64,000 bases of DNA from Laetmonice hystrix. Lineage: Eukaryota. The DNA lies in contig OZ249440.1 of assembly GCA_965235115.1 (NCBI GenBank), forward strand, positions 16,864,001-16,928,000. The letters are read 5' to 3'. The notes under the pieces were generated by a model. The model saw only the letters and a program-made list of their open reading frames with translations. It ran no database searches and was not told the DNA's origin. Shown here piece after piece: positions 23,801 through 35,972 of this stretch. Within the stretch, counting starts at the first letter, position 1. Every line of letters begins with the position of its first letter. The position numbers and the translations under genes are program-made.

Positions 23801-25835
23801 GGAAGACATCCAATATAGTTCACCCATACACGCCCTCATCCCCATGCCCACCATGTCAGCCACTCCATCACCGTGTGACAGACCACCACCGGCGCCCACA
23901 CCCATGGTCTGTGTGCTGAAGTCATGTCGTGTATACCTGAGCACGACCAGCCAATTAACAGGGGCTGTGGCACGCAGCTGGGTGCCAGTAATTAGAGGCC
24001 CCAGACCGACCGATCCACAGGCAGGCCTTCATGCCCATGTCTATAACGCGGCAAGCCTACAACTTTGTCTGTCAACTTCTCAAATACGTGTAGCACGTGC
24101 GCTCTGCCAACGTCTGGCTCGGCGTCGGAAACTCCGACGTTCTGACATGAATGGGAGAGCTGCATTGAGGTATTTACATATAAATAATTCTACTCATGAT
24201 ATTAAACTTCATATCGACTATGGCGGTAAATTTGCTAGACATCACATCAAGATTAAATAGGAAATGCTAAAAATTAACATAAGGGAAATGGTGACAACGG
24301 AGCAGAACAATCATTAGTGCGAATAAAAAAAACTACAACTAGCAGAATATCACGTCTGGTCACTCAAAATAAACTGACAATCAACATTAAGTCTCAGATT
24401 AGAATGTGTCTTTTTGGTTAGAAAAAATAATGAGACAATTGCACAAATAACTGACCTCTTAGACTGAAGTAGCTTCTATTCTTCATTTTTTTCTTTTCTT
24501 TTTTTATTTTTTTGCCATGAACTCAAAAAGGTGAAACCCCAGCTGCAGCAATACTAACTCATATTTCTGCTCAGATATCTGCCGCCATAGAAGTGCGATT
24601 CCTCCTGTTGCTATAGACCAATCCGACATAGAAAATGAGAGACTTGTAGACATGGTTGTGTGGCCTGATGCAATGCCTGCACTGTAAACATAGGCGGACT
24701 CTGCATGCTTAATGCTCCGCGATTCAATTGCACATCCATAATTGGGTCCTGCCTGTAATGTTTGCATGTTTGAAATGATTACTCAATCTTGCTGATTGCC
24801 TGATTGATTGCGCAGGCTGCTTTCCCTCAAACTTTGAAGTCGGCAATATTTTGAGGCAGGCTAGAAAGATAAAACTAGTTGTCTCTTTAAAAAAAAGAAC
24901 AGCAGCTAGCTACTTTACCGCGATTTAAAAAAACATGGCGTGTCAAAGACTGAAATCTGCTAGCATAATCTAAATTAGTTGTAAATGGTGGAAAACTCTA
25001 GTGGCAGGCGTGGAAGGCTGTCAACGGCATGAGATGGGTTGTTCAGTGCTTAATTCCGCTGGTTCTCCACATTGTCTTCAGTCTTTCTTTCACAACAATA
25101 GCAAACCGGTCGGACTATTGACACCCTGGAGACGGGTTCCAACACTAAGCTATAGATTTTAAAAGTTGGTGAAACTGTGCTAACGTTGATCACTGAAGAC
25201 GACAGCGGAAGCGAGACAGACGTAATATATGTGACCGCTATGGTTTGCCATAACGTATCAACTGACATATTCGTGCTGACGTCAGCAGATTGTCACAGAC
25301 TTCCCCTTAATGAAGCACACGCTTTGGCTTTGATCGTCTCGCCTTCGTGTCATAGTCATGCATGGTTTCCCTATTGTGCATTGTTTTGCAGATTAAAATC
25401 TCGCCACTTCTTGACTAGGAAAGCAAAACAATCTGCACAGAATCCAGGGGCTTTACGCAGCACAGTAATGCTAACCTATAACAAAACCCAAGTCCAATAT
25501 TATAGTCTCCACTAATTCTAATCAATGACTCTCGTTGGACCTCCATGCAATTTTTCTAAAAAAGAGAGATAATCCAGCTTGGTGATGGCGTGTCAGCTCC
25601 ACACTGTGAGGTCATACTTACCTAGAGATTGACGTTTTGGTTTTTAGTATTTTCAAACATGGTCATGATCATGCCAGGCTTCCAACAAACGATCAGCATT
25701 GAAATTTCCTGTCCTGTCTATTTTTCTGATTTTCCTACCACAATACCGATCTGTGTGTGTGTGTGTGTGTGTTGGGGGGGGGGGGGTGGTTGTGGTAGTT
25801 GGTAGTGGAAGCAGTACTGCAGACCGTGTACATAC

Positions 25836-25950
25836 CTGCCCGTAGAGGCCGTGGTACTCCACCGACGAAGATGGTTTTACGGGGGTCAAGCGGTTGGGAC
25901 CCGTCCATCACGAAGTCACTGTCACTCAGGTTCCAAGGTCGGATCTGAAC
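25836..25950 (-). CDS. orb2: CPEB2/3/4 exon D: RRM1 end, linker, RRM2 start (VQIRPWNLSDSDFVMDGSQPLDPRKTIFVGGVPRPLRA)
   Basis: Acceptor GCGTGTTTCAG, 115 nt, donor CAG|GTATGT; peptide matches the vertebrate CPEB2-4 segment as I recall it. Confidence 0.97.
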
Positions 25951-26431
25951 CTGAAACACGCACACACCGGCCAAATCAAGAGCGGTTGATTCAATGGTAA
26001 TCAACCGAATGCATTTTACCAATCAAGACTTCGTGTTAGGAATGTTGGAGTTACAGATCTACGCTTGAGTCCAGTGACCACGGTATTCATAAACATTTGT
26101 GTGTGTGTGTGTGCCCTTGCTGTTGGATACCTTAGTAACCGGACTCAGAAGGACGAAATCACTACAATTTATTGAGGTACATTTGACAGAGAATGTGCTT
26201 CAGAGACTGGACATACTTCAGACTAACTTGTTTTTTATCCAGGTTATACGGGATAGTACGAGATATACCGGTAAAATAATATGCCAGGTAACCATTCATA
26301 GCAAAGTGAAAATGTCTTTAAGTTTTTTGGGGTTTTCCATGAAAGAAAAAGAATGACCTCACTGGTCGATAGGGAGCAGCACCATATAAGTTGAGAGAAA
26401 GTTCAAGGAAGATGCCAGGATGTCTACTTAC

Positions 26432-26550
26432 AGGCTTGTCCTTCATGGTGGGGCTGGAGACACACCAGTAGAGCTTGTCGTCATCCACCATGCAAGCATC
26501 AATCAGAGCCTGTACAGACATCTCATCTTGGAACAGTAGGAAGCAGTAAC
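26432..26550 (-). CDS. orb2: CPEB2/3/4 exon C: RRM1 RNP1 (GYCFLLFQDEMSVQALIDACMVDDDKLYWCVSSPTMKDKP)
   Basis: Acceptor TGTGTGTTTCAG, 119 nt, donor CCT|GTAAGT; lies inside ORF 26318..26575. Confidence 0.97.
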
Positions 26551-27074
26551 CTGAAACACACAACATCAAATACACCCGTTAAAAACAACTCCAGCAACAC
26601 CAAAATCTTATGCATTTCAATAGTCTTAAGAAAAAACTATACGTCGAGCAGAGATGAAATCAACACGACGAGTGGCAACTGCATCAAGAAACACGACGCG
26701 GAAATTAGATATTTCTTGACTCTTTTCACACCCTTAAAGATTTAATGCACTGCTATTCCGTCTTTCATTTCATTCAGTCTCCTCTAATTCAATCCCCACT
26801 GAAAGTTTCTAAAAGTACTTAATCAACTCTGATGGATTCTTTGCTGCGCTTGGATCTGAAATGTTTAGCGGCAAATGGTGTGAAATTGGAAGCTAATCTT
26901 TCATGTCAATCTTTTAGTTGCTTTGTCCAAGTGTTTCCTACTTATATTCTCCTGGCAAGACTCCCACGGAATAGCAAGTTTGTCTCGCCATTGCTTGCTG
27001 GGTGGTTAACTTTTAAGTTAACTCCCGCCCTTCTATCTCCATGGACAGGCCTCATATTTCAGGGATTCTCCAAT

Positions 27075-27300
27075 CTGTGGCATAACAAGCCTCTGGGTAG
27101 TGAACACAGAGCTTTCCCTTCTAGATTTAAACCCCTTCAGGCCGGATGTGAAAATGTTAGTCAGGTACTTTCTCCAAGGCCGGTAATTTCCTCGGGTACT
27201 CCGGTTTCCTCCACCATTTAAAGCCGCCCCCAAGTAACCCTGTTGTTGCTGAGGCGTACCCCCCCCCCCCCCCCAATATAAATCTGATCCAAGCATTCAA
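27075..27300 (+). mobile_element. tRNA-derived SINE with a Meta-domain-like core (MetaSINE-like)
   Basis: GGATGTGAAAATGTTAGTCAG...TTTCCTCGGGTACTCCGGTTTCCTCCACCA matches, from memory, the TTCTCCGGGTACTCCGGTTTCCTCCACC core of Meta/V-domain SINEs; a degenerate tRNA-like head precedes it. Confidence 0.6.
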
Positions 27301-28899
27301 TATTTAATAAGGTTAATAGCGGGCTGCTTCCATTATCATACGATCACCATATCTGTACAGGTGTGAATAAAGGGAAGTTACAGTTCTGCTCATACCGACT
27401 GTCAACAGAAGTGTAAGTAAATCTGTCCCTCCGCCACCCAGGTGGTGTATGACATGGTGGGAGTAGTGTATGAGAGAGAACAAAACGATTGCGCCCGGGT
27501 TACCTGGGGGCCGAGGGAGGGGGAGGCCGGGTACCATCTCATTACCATCTACAACAGCTACTCTCTGATATAGTGTTCACGTGTCAGGTGGTCTACACCA
27601 GGATTATGTAAGAACTAGGGGCACCACCCCGTTATACACAGGCGATATGAGAGATTCAGTCTGAGAGATTCAGTCTGGGAGGGGGGGGGGATTGGCAGTG
27701 AAAGGTGCTGCAGGCCTCTTCAAATCCGAATTCTGTTATAAATAGAATGTAGAGAGCCCCAGTGTCGAGAGCTAGGAGGCTTTGCTCAATGGCCAGGCCC
27801 ACTCTTGGCCCCCACTGAAAGATTTCTATATGCGGTACAGATTCGACACCTTTCTTCCTGTGAAGGGTTGGGGGCACCAATCTATATACAGAGTTGCGAC
27901 ATCAGCCTGTTATATAGTAGTGTGTAAAACAACCACCTAATACTAACTTTTTTATATTTAGAAACAACCCATACCACCTTGTTCTAGTTGTAAGGGCCTG
28001 TCCCTTTGTTGTATACTATAATAAAATCGACCCATGCTATATTGTTATAGGAAAGCAGCTTAATATACCAATATGGTACGGAGCAACAAGCCATACCATT
28101 CCAACTCAGAGCAATAGGAACCTACAGGAAATGAGATAAAGGAAAATGTCATCATCATCCCTCATAGACAATAATGAGGTGGCAGATTCATAGCGGGAAT
28201 CTGACGCTCCACACATCAAATAGACGGCTACAATACAGTCTAACCGACGGATCCTTTCGGGCTACGCCAGCGAAAAGGGAATATTCAATTTGAAATCAGC
28301 CACAAAGTGGGGAGGGATGGCCCGGGATGTCAAATGGTGTGTTATCGATTCACAGACCAGCCGGGATTCGGCGTCAGTTGTCGTCGGCGGCTCCGGTCTG
28401 TTGTTACTCGGGACCCCCCCCCCCCCCTCCCTGCTACTGACGGTGGTCTCCAGCACCCACCACAAAGCCTGACGAAACCAATGTAATGGTGGTGGGGTGG
28501 GGGTGGGGGGTCACTTATCTAAAAACCAACGCCGTCAGATTTAAAGGAGCTGTGCCAGCGGCTACTATAGCGGCCGCTTGTCTTGCCCTACCCCCTTACA
28601 ATCTATGGCCCGCAGCCTTCGAGCCCTTCAGACACCCCCCTCCTCCCCTCCAACACACACAGACAGTGTTGGACACTGACGGTGTTGGAGGCACAGTCCT
28701 TGGTTTCAGACCTATTTATTTAGGAGAAAAGGTCTTAAAGATCATCAATATATCGACCCGAGGGGAAGAAGAGGTAACGAGGTTGTCTGCAGGTAGTCAA
28801 CGAACAAAGACACTCGTCTGACAATTATACACAATTCTCCTCTTCATCTCTTTCCTTCTTAGATTCGAGCCCCCCCCCCCCCTTTATATTTTGGTTCCC

Positions 28900-30150
28900 C
28901 CTACTTATCACGATGAAATCGGAATATGAGGTCTCTTGGTCTTGGATACACTTATTGACAACTAGTTATACTTTCTAGGGACCCGTACAGTCCGGTGGTA
29001 AAAGTCAAAGTTCCCGGTCAGGTCAAGCAGTCCTTATAAACAGAAATCTCCATCACAAATATCAAAAGGCATAACAAAAATTCGCATGGATACATTCCTG
29101 CTATCCTCTGAAAACGCCCGAAAGGGAGTTTACCCTGAGAGCCCGAGTGATGAGGAGCCTACGACTGAGAGCAGTAAGCCACTGTAAACTCCCCACTCCC
29201 ACTCCACACGTCAATCTGAACGATGAATCTGGCCCGCCCTTGTCGGTACCATACTCCCGACCAACGACTGGCAGTCCGTTACATCTGAAACGACTCCATC
29301 TCAATCCATCTGCCCTGCAGCCTTGAGCTTACAGAAACAATTCCTAAAGCAACCAAAAGTCTAGGATTGACTTTTCTATTCCTAGACAGAGTGGAGGACC
29401 TCTACTTCAAGGTCTGAACGGTAATAATGGCCCCATTGATGCAATCCTATACCTTACTTGCAGTTAAGATAAGTATAATTTTCCGCACAAGGATGTTCGT
29501 AGTTTATATTTTATTCATGTTGACAGCTCAAGCAGAACAAGAACTATTCTCAACACAGTGGCGTCTCTTCACGTCTCCTTGGAACTTCCCGCGGGGACCT
29601 TTACCCAAAGATTCCCCGTCTGCCGCTAGGTGGATACGAACCCTCAGCGCACCACCAGCCGCCCTATCGTGAATCTCTGTAAACGGTAAACTTACCCACC
29701 AATATAATCATTACGTAGTTCAGTGGGTTGAACCCCCTACGTGAAATACTAGGGTGGACGTGAAACATGACCCTCATTCGTCGCCAACCCGGCCTGCCCT
29801 GTCGATAACCAATCTAAATTCCGCCAGTCGCCGTTTGGACACCGCGTGCAGACAGAAGAAAAAATGTCAGGTCCATATTGGATTGGAATTGGATACCGGG
29901 TCGAAATCTTGCCTTGAGCCCGTGGCTTTCGGCAGGTAGGACTTGTGTCAATCCTCATAATGAATAATCGTACGTGATTCCGTGTCAGGAATTATTGGAT
30001 CTCCATGACCTCCAGGTAATCGACATTAAGGCAGTCGGCTATTTTAAAACGGCACAAAAATTGCTCCCTTACTTCTTTTTCGGTCATTACCCGGGTAAAA
30101 GTCGTTGAAACGGCATCAAGCCTATAACTAAATTACAGTTACTGCCGCCA
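28900..30150 (-). mobile_element. Decayed CR1/L2-like LINE 5' part (ORF1 remnant and APE endonuclease)
   Basis: Minus strand: GIVSVSSRL (~DIxxVSETWL), GLPVVGREYGTDKGG (~GYxxxRxDR..KGGGV, ~29240), LTGNFDF (~xxGDFN, ~29015); many stops. Confidence 0.45.
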
Positions 30151-33100
30151 CCACTTGGTGGTTCTGAACTGAAACCGGCTTTATAACCTCCCCCCTGCCT
30201 AAAGCCTTATCCGAACATTGATATCTTCCCGAAACAAACCCAAAGTACATTTCTATATCTGCTGTCCAACAAACTTCTATAAGACCAAATGATCTCTAAG
30301 CGTCAAATCACGTTTTTCAATCATGCAACACTTAGGATATGACATGACAGAATGTGTTCCCTGATAACGGCAATTTTTGTCCCCCGCCCCCACCCACACC
30401 CCCACCCCCACGCACGCAGTAAATTCACAACCACTCTTGCTAATGACGATCCATACACACACACAAAAAAAACCCTGCAGCCCATTTACCTTTATGGTGG
30501 CCCAATAATAGCCGTACCACGTGCCTTTGATCTCTGTGCATACCTGGGCGCGTTGTCCTCCACTTTCCTATTTCTCGCCTTGCCTCAATGTCCCCCATCG
30601 TTGTCATTATATTTACCTCGACCAACTTCAAAGCGTTCGGATCAATATAAAGCCCATCTCATTGACTAGTCTCCCCAATCGGACCGATTGTCACGTCGCC
30701 TAACCCGGGCCTATATAAGGACAATGGCACCAGAGCTCGCCACATGTCACCATGCCACATGCCAGTGTCCAGTTTGCGCCACAGCCCTCACTATACTCCC
30801 CATCCCTCTTGCTATTCCGAGCCAGGCAGCTCTCTTAATCAAATTTCTGACAACACTTTCCCAGACCAAATCAACTTAACAGGGACGTTTGAAGGATACC
30901 AACATAGTGAAAGTAATTATTACTCAGCTCGTCAAATAGACTTTAATTTTAAAAAAACATGTTAGGTATATCAAAACAAGGTAAGATGTTTCTTTGATTC
31001 TACAGCTTCGGTGGATCTCTTGAAGGCCATCGTATGAATTCCTGGTGGCCACTAATTATGTAAACAAACTCTAGGAGTTCTTGTGTCTGTCACGATAATA
31101 GGAAACGGCCACGTATTTTTCCACATAGAGATGTGGGTACATTGTTGATGGCAACAGAACATACATGATAATAAAGAATAGCTATTACCTATAGGTAATA
31201 AATCATCAGACGCCCATACATCTCAAGACTGTGCGAGGTACGTGTAGTCTTTTTCTTTGATTATTCCCTGCCGGTTATACGGCATTCCTCCTTTTGATAT
31301 CTTTACTTCAAAGGTAAATTTATATATAAAGCCTTGGTACATACGAAAGGGAAAGCGGGCCGGCGTATGCTGATCTTTTCAAACCGGACAGTGGCACCAG
31401 TCTTGGATACACGGTCTGGCTTATTGGGAAAACCAAAACCAACAACATCCACGCCTTCTCTCCTTATTGCCAACAACGCTCTCTTTGAACAAAAACGGTT
31501 ACCGGGCATTCGGAATACATAAAACCCTGAGGTTTATAATACCATAGTGCCTCATGCTATTATTATACAGGACCCAAAACAAGCCAACTGATGATATTGG
31601 TACGAACTAAGAAGGCGGCTAGAGTTGGGGAGGGGGGGGGGGTGTCGAGGAACCAACCTTTCCCCACACCATCCTGACATGGAGAGCCTCCAGTGGATCA
31701 CATAACCATAGCGATGCCTCCTACTCCGTGGAGGACAGTCTGACCACAACATACAAACGGTGTAGCAGTAGACTAGCGGAAAGGACCATTTCTAGCAAAG
31801 TTGTTTGCAATCACTGTACAAGATTTAATTCTCACTCAATAACTGGTTTTGCCGCAAGCTCCTTTTCAATGTGGTCTGGTTGAAACTTTCGGAAAGTCCA
31901 GACCAGAATCGGCTCAAGTGAAACCATAGAGACGGAATACAATATTGATATCACCCTTCCAAACAAATCCCACCTTCGACACGGTGATAGCCTGCGGCAG
32001 AGATATCTACAGTTTAACACCGCCATATTCTCCTAAATAAACGGATTCTTTCTTTTTTACTTTCTTCCTTGCCTTCTTCCCAGCCAAAACGATGGTTATC
32101 ATGTCGTAGCATTCTCTGACTGAGCAGCAAGTCGCAGGCTCGCCTGCCTCTATGCCTCTCTCTGTAATTACAAGGTGTACGGATGGCTGGGGACCCTCTC
32201 AATGGCGCAGTTCCTCAATACGTTACTGATTAGTTCCAACAGCCAGCCCTAATTAACACGGCTGATAAAAGTGGCCCCGCCAAACCGAAAGTCTGAGTGG
32301 AGAATCAAACATAATGAGCGTGGTAATGGCGGGGAACAAGGAACAACTGCATCGTTATTGTCACCCAATAAAGCGGCCTTCAAAATGAAAACTTTTCGCC
32401 AACTTGCTCCTTCCTTGTCATTTGATTTTGGTGACATGTTATTGCGTTCTCCATGTCCTGGTTAATTGGCTTGAGACATGAATCGAGGTTTGAGGTTGGT
32501 TGTTGGTGGGCCCCGACAGACTAAGGACCCTGAGAAGTGGCCAGGGTTTGGGTACAGTGTTAATGTACGTCATTGAGTAGCCAGTATGGCCGCTGCTCCA
32601 GCTGCTCCCTCCGGACTCCGACCATGCGATAGCACGACGCATGCTCGTGCATCGGCTCCGTTTCAGTTTGCACGAGTACGAGCAGCACGGATATTTGGGA
32701 GCGTCTATTACATTTTGGAGCGCCTAAGCTAAGACTTCCTGACCGGCGCAATATTAAATCACGGGCGGCCGGCCAGGGCTTTTTCCTCTCTGCCGGGATC
32801 CCCCTGTGACCGCGTGTGACAGGCGGTCACTGAGTGTGACAGGCGGGAACCTGCTTCAATGTCCATACGACATGCCGTATGGGCTGCTGGCCGGATAAAT
32901 GCCCTGACAGGAGAATCTGTGCAAGCAATACGCCCGTTGCTGTCGCCGATATTGTACGCAGGCTAATTCAAGTGTTTGTTTACAAATGGCCCTCCATCTG
33001 GATCTAGGCCTGTGTATATATGTTCAGACAATGGTTTTGATTAGGTAGGAGAGTTTTTGGGTCAGTAGAGCAAAGGGATCGAGCCTGTGGACATGAGAGA

Positions 33101-34431
33101 AATGATCTGGCTCGGCTTACTTGCGGCATCCGTAGGAAGAATGGCTCAATTCAGAAATGGGATTACCAGCAGCAATATTGGGACTAAAACCCTCTTCTGT
33201 AAATACACGAAATTAAATGTCTAAAGAACAACTTCGAAAGGTTTGGGGGGTTTAGACCACCTTTAATATTTATAGATTGGCGGAGGTGTGCTCAATATTT
33301 AACGATTTCAATTCAGGAAATCTGCAGTATGCCTCTCTAGAGTCCTACTCTTGTCGATATGTCACAAAAGTAGCTGTAATACAAGTACCAATGACGGTAG
33401 ATCAATTGGAGCAGAAATATTGCGTTAATTCCCCGCCCCTCGTACAGCTGATCGACTCAGTGAAGTCTCTACGGCCGATTGATACCATCTCTGGCCACTA
33501 ATTGCCAGAAAATGTCTGCAGTATTGGGGGAGACTAAGGTTGGAGATGTCCAGCCCTGTCCGACAGGTAGATTGGCGTGACAGTTAATCCATCCAGATTA
33601 GAGGACCAGCTCAAAGCCATGGTCGGTAAGTCAAGTCCCGACGTGAAGTCCGTGCAAACTGACAACAGGCTATTTTTGCTGTAGATATAAAAAAAAAAAC
33701 AGAAGAGAAGTATACATACATACTCTCCCCATCACAACCACCACCCACGCCCCGCCCCCATACCACCAGCAGTGACAAGCAACATACACCCTTGCTGCCG
33801 CTGGCGAAGACTGTTCTGGAATCCAAGTTAATGAATCTATCAGAATATCTCAGGTTAGCCACTCTCAAGGTGTTCTGTCACCCACAACTTCCCACCGACA
33901 CGTTTGTTCAATTAGCGCTCATTACGCAAGTGTTTGATTTGCAAGGATAAAAAAAAGTGTTCACCCTCCATGCCTGCTGCTTCCGTGTGTGCGGAGAGTG
34001 GGGTGGGGGTTGGACTGGCTGCTATAGCATGCTGACAGAAACGCCCTCCCCACCGAGAACCCCCTGCCCCACACCAATTCACACCCACACCGACAGAACC
34101 TCCCCCACAACTCTCCCATTGCCATGTAGGTGGCAGCAGCAGTACCTGCGATCCCACTGCCCGTCAGGTAACCATATACTGAGTTAATGATATCATCATC
34201 ACATCAAAGACTTCTCTCAAACACCTGCCCGTCAGGTAACGTAGCGGGTGCTGATCTTTCATCAGCTAGGCTTCAGTCAATTTCCATCAATTAGGATCCC
34301 TAAATAAAACGTTTCATTATAACTATAAACTATTATAAAAAATGTATCCTAATGTTTCCTGATTTGACAGACATGTTTCGTTTTGGGTGTAGATTAATTT
34401 AAATACATGTAATAGAAAGCTACGGTGGCCT

Positions 34432-34576
34432 NNNNNNNNNNNNNNNNNNNNNNNNNNNNNNNNNNNNNNNNNNNNNNNNNNNNNNNNNNNNNNNNNNNNN
34501 NNNNNNNNNNNNNNNNNNNNNNNNNNNNNNNNNNNNNNNNNNNNNNNNNNNNNNNNNNNNNNNNNNNNNNNNNNNN
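34432..34576. other. Assembly gap (145 N)
   Basis: Run of N. Confidence 1.
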
Positions 34577-35860
34577 GTTAAGCATGTTTTCCTAAGGCCA
34601 ATGACATGCACCTAGTACAACAAACACTTATCCAATATCAGATATGTCCTTGACCCCGGGCTCCAGTAAAAACCTAATAATAACGGAAACCCCTCCAAGC
34701 CGGCTGTATGGATGTAATATTGACGAAGTGTGGCGGGCATGTGTTTGCGTGGTCCGAATACGACATGACATATGATGTATTGACGTCGGGATATATTGAA
34801 CAGAGAATGGGTCAATAAAACGACGTCTAAAACCCCTCCCCTCCCCAATCCACTACTCCCCCAATCATATGTACTACAGAGTCCGTGACTTGCTACTTGT
34901 TACCTTAGCACCACCAGCCGCCCCCCCCCCCTCTACCCCGCCCCTCCCCAACACAAACTCAGACAGTCTGATTGACACGTGCCATGACCAAATCTAATAT
35001 TCCGACATTCTGTCGACCATAATATCCAGCAACAAGATGATATATAATTTCAGTTGATTTCATCACTGTCACAGTTCCATATTGTCATATGGCTGGCTGG
35101 TGGTAATTTATTATGGATGATATTGAACATTTGTGAGCGTCCTACACCTGCAAGGCTTTACAAATACACAACGGCTGTCGATCGTTCGTCAGCTGGTCTA
35201 CATTTTTATAATGCTCATCTCAAATTTACGTACATGTACAACGACTATAACAAAAACTACTCGAACGTGCCCTCAGTTAACGAGGAGCATTACGTATCTA
35301 CATCCACCAACCCAAAGATTAATATCGAACTCGCGACAATCAGAGCCCAAATTTATATACACCTGTTGGCATATATCTTTAGTTTGTATGTAATAACATT
35401 TGGTAAGCACCATATTCAGTCCATGTCTAGGGCCACTATCAGCGAATATAGCGGCCCCTTACCTAGGCCTCCTTTCCCCCGGTCTCAATGCGCGTCGTTA
35501 TATTGGTACCCTTGCCCCCTCTTCCAGTACAAGGCTGGGGCCGACCTGAGCTACGCCCTCCAGGTAAGGAGACAGTCAGGACCGCTGGGCTGGACTGGCC
35601 GAGGACGTAATCAGGCCGTCATTTTGCCCCACTTAGACCGCTGCCACTGGCTGTGGGCGGGGAAGGGCAGGGTTCGGAGTCTTAAATCCGGCTTTCTTTG
35701 ACGATAACACCACTTGAAGACGTTCGATTCTCTCTGAGACTGAGTTGTCCTCTCCTCATCCAGCCCCCCGATTCCCTTACCCCTGACCAATTCTGGGTTT
35801 CATCAACTAACTGCCACAACTAGTTCCTATGGCTGCATGGGGCAGTCACATCAATGACAC

Positions 35861-35972
35861 CTGGGCCCAGTTCCTAAAAACTTGAGATCTTGAAGTTTAA
35901 CGCTTCTGATTGGCTGGTGTGGATAGACCAGCCTATCAGAATCGTTTAAGCTTAAGGAAGAACTGGGCCCAG
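35861..35972. mobile_element. 112-bp palindromic MITE-like element
   Basis: 13-bp perfect TIR CTGGGCCCAGTTC / GAACTGGGCCCAG, plus inner 20-bp inverted repeat AACGCTTCTGATTGGCTGGT / ACCAGCCTATCAGAATCGTT (18/20). Confidence 0.8.

Noticed and set aside
28449-28470. CUGACGA-AACC...GGU
   Set aside because: No GAAA after the stem.
28738-28760. RYIDDL (Penelope RT motif) on the minus strand
   Set aside because: Isolated hexapeptide followed by a stop, next to a CR1-like endonuclease relic; likely chance.
35054-35701. 215-aa plus-strand ORF (also 59084..59581 and 49847..50362)
   Set aside because: No recognisable domain; intronic and antisense to CPEB; chance or decayed-repeat frames.
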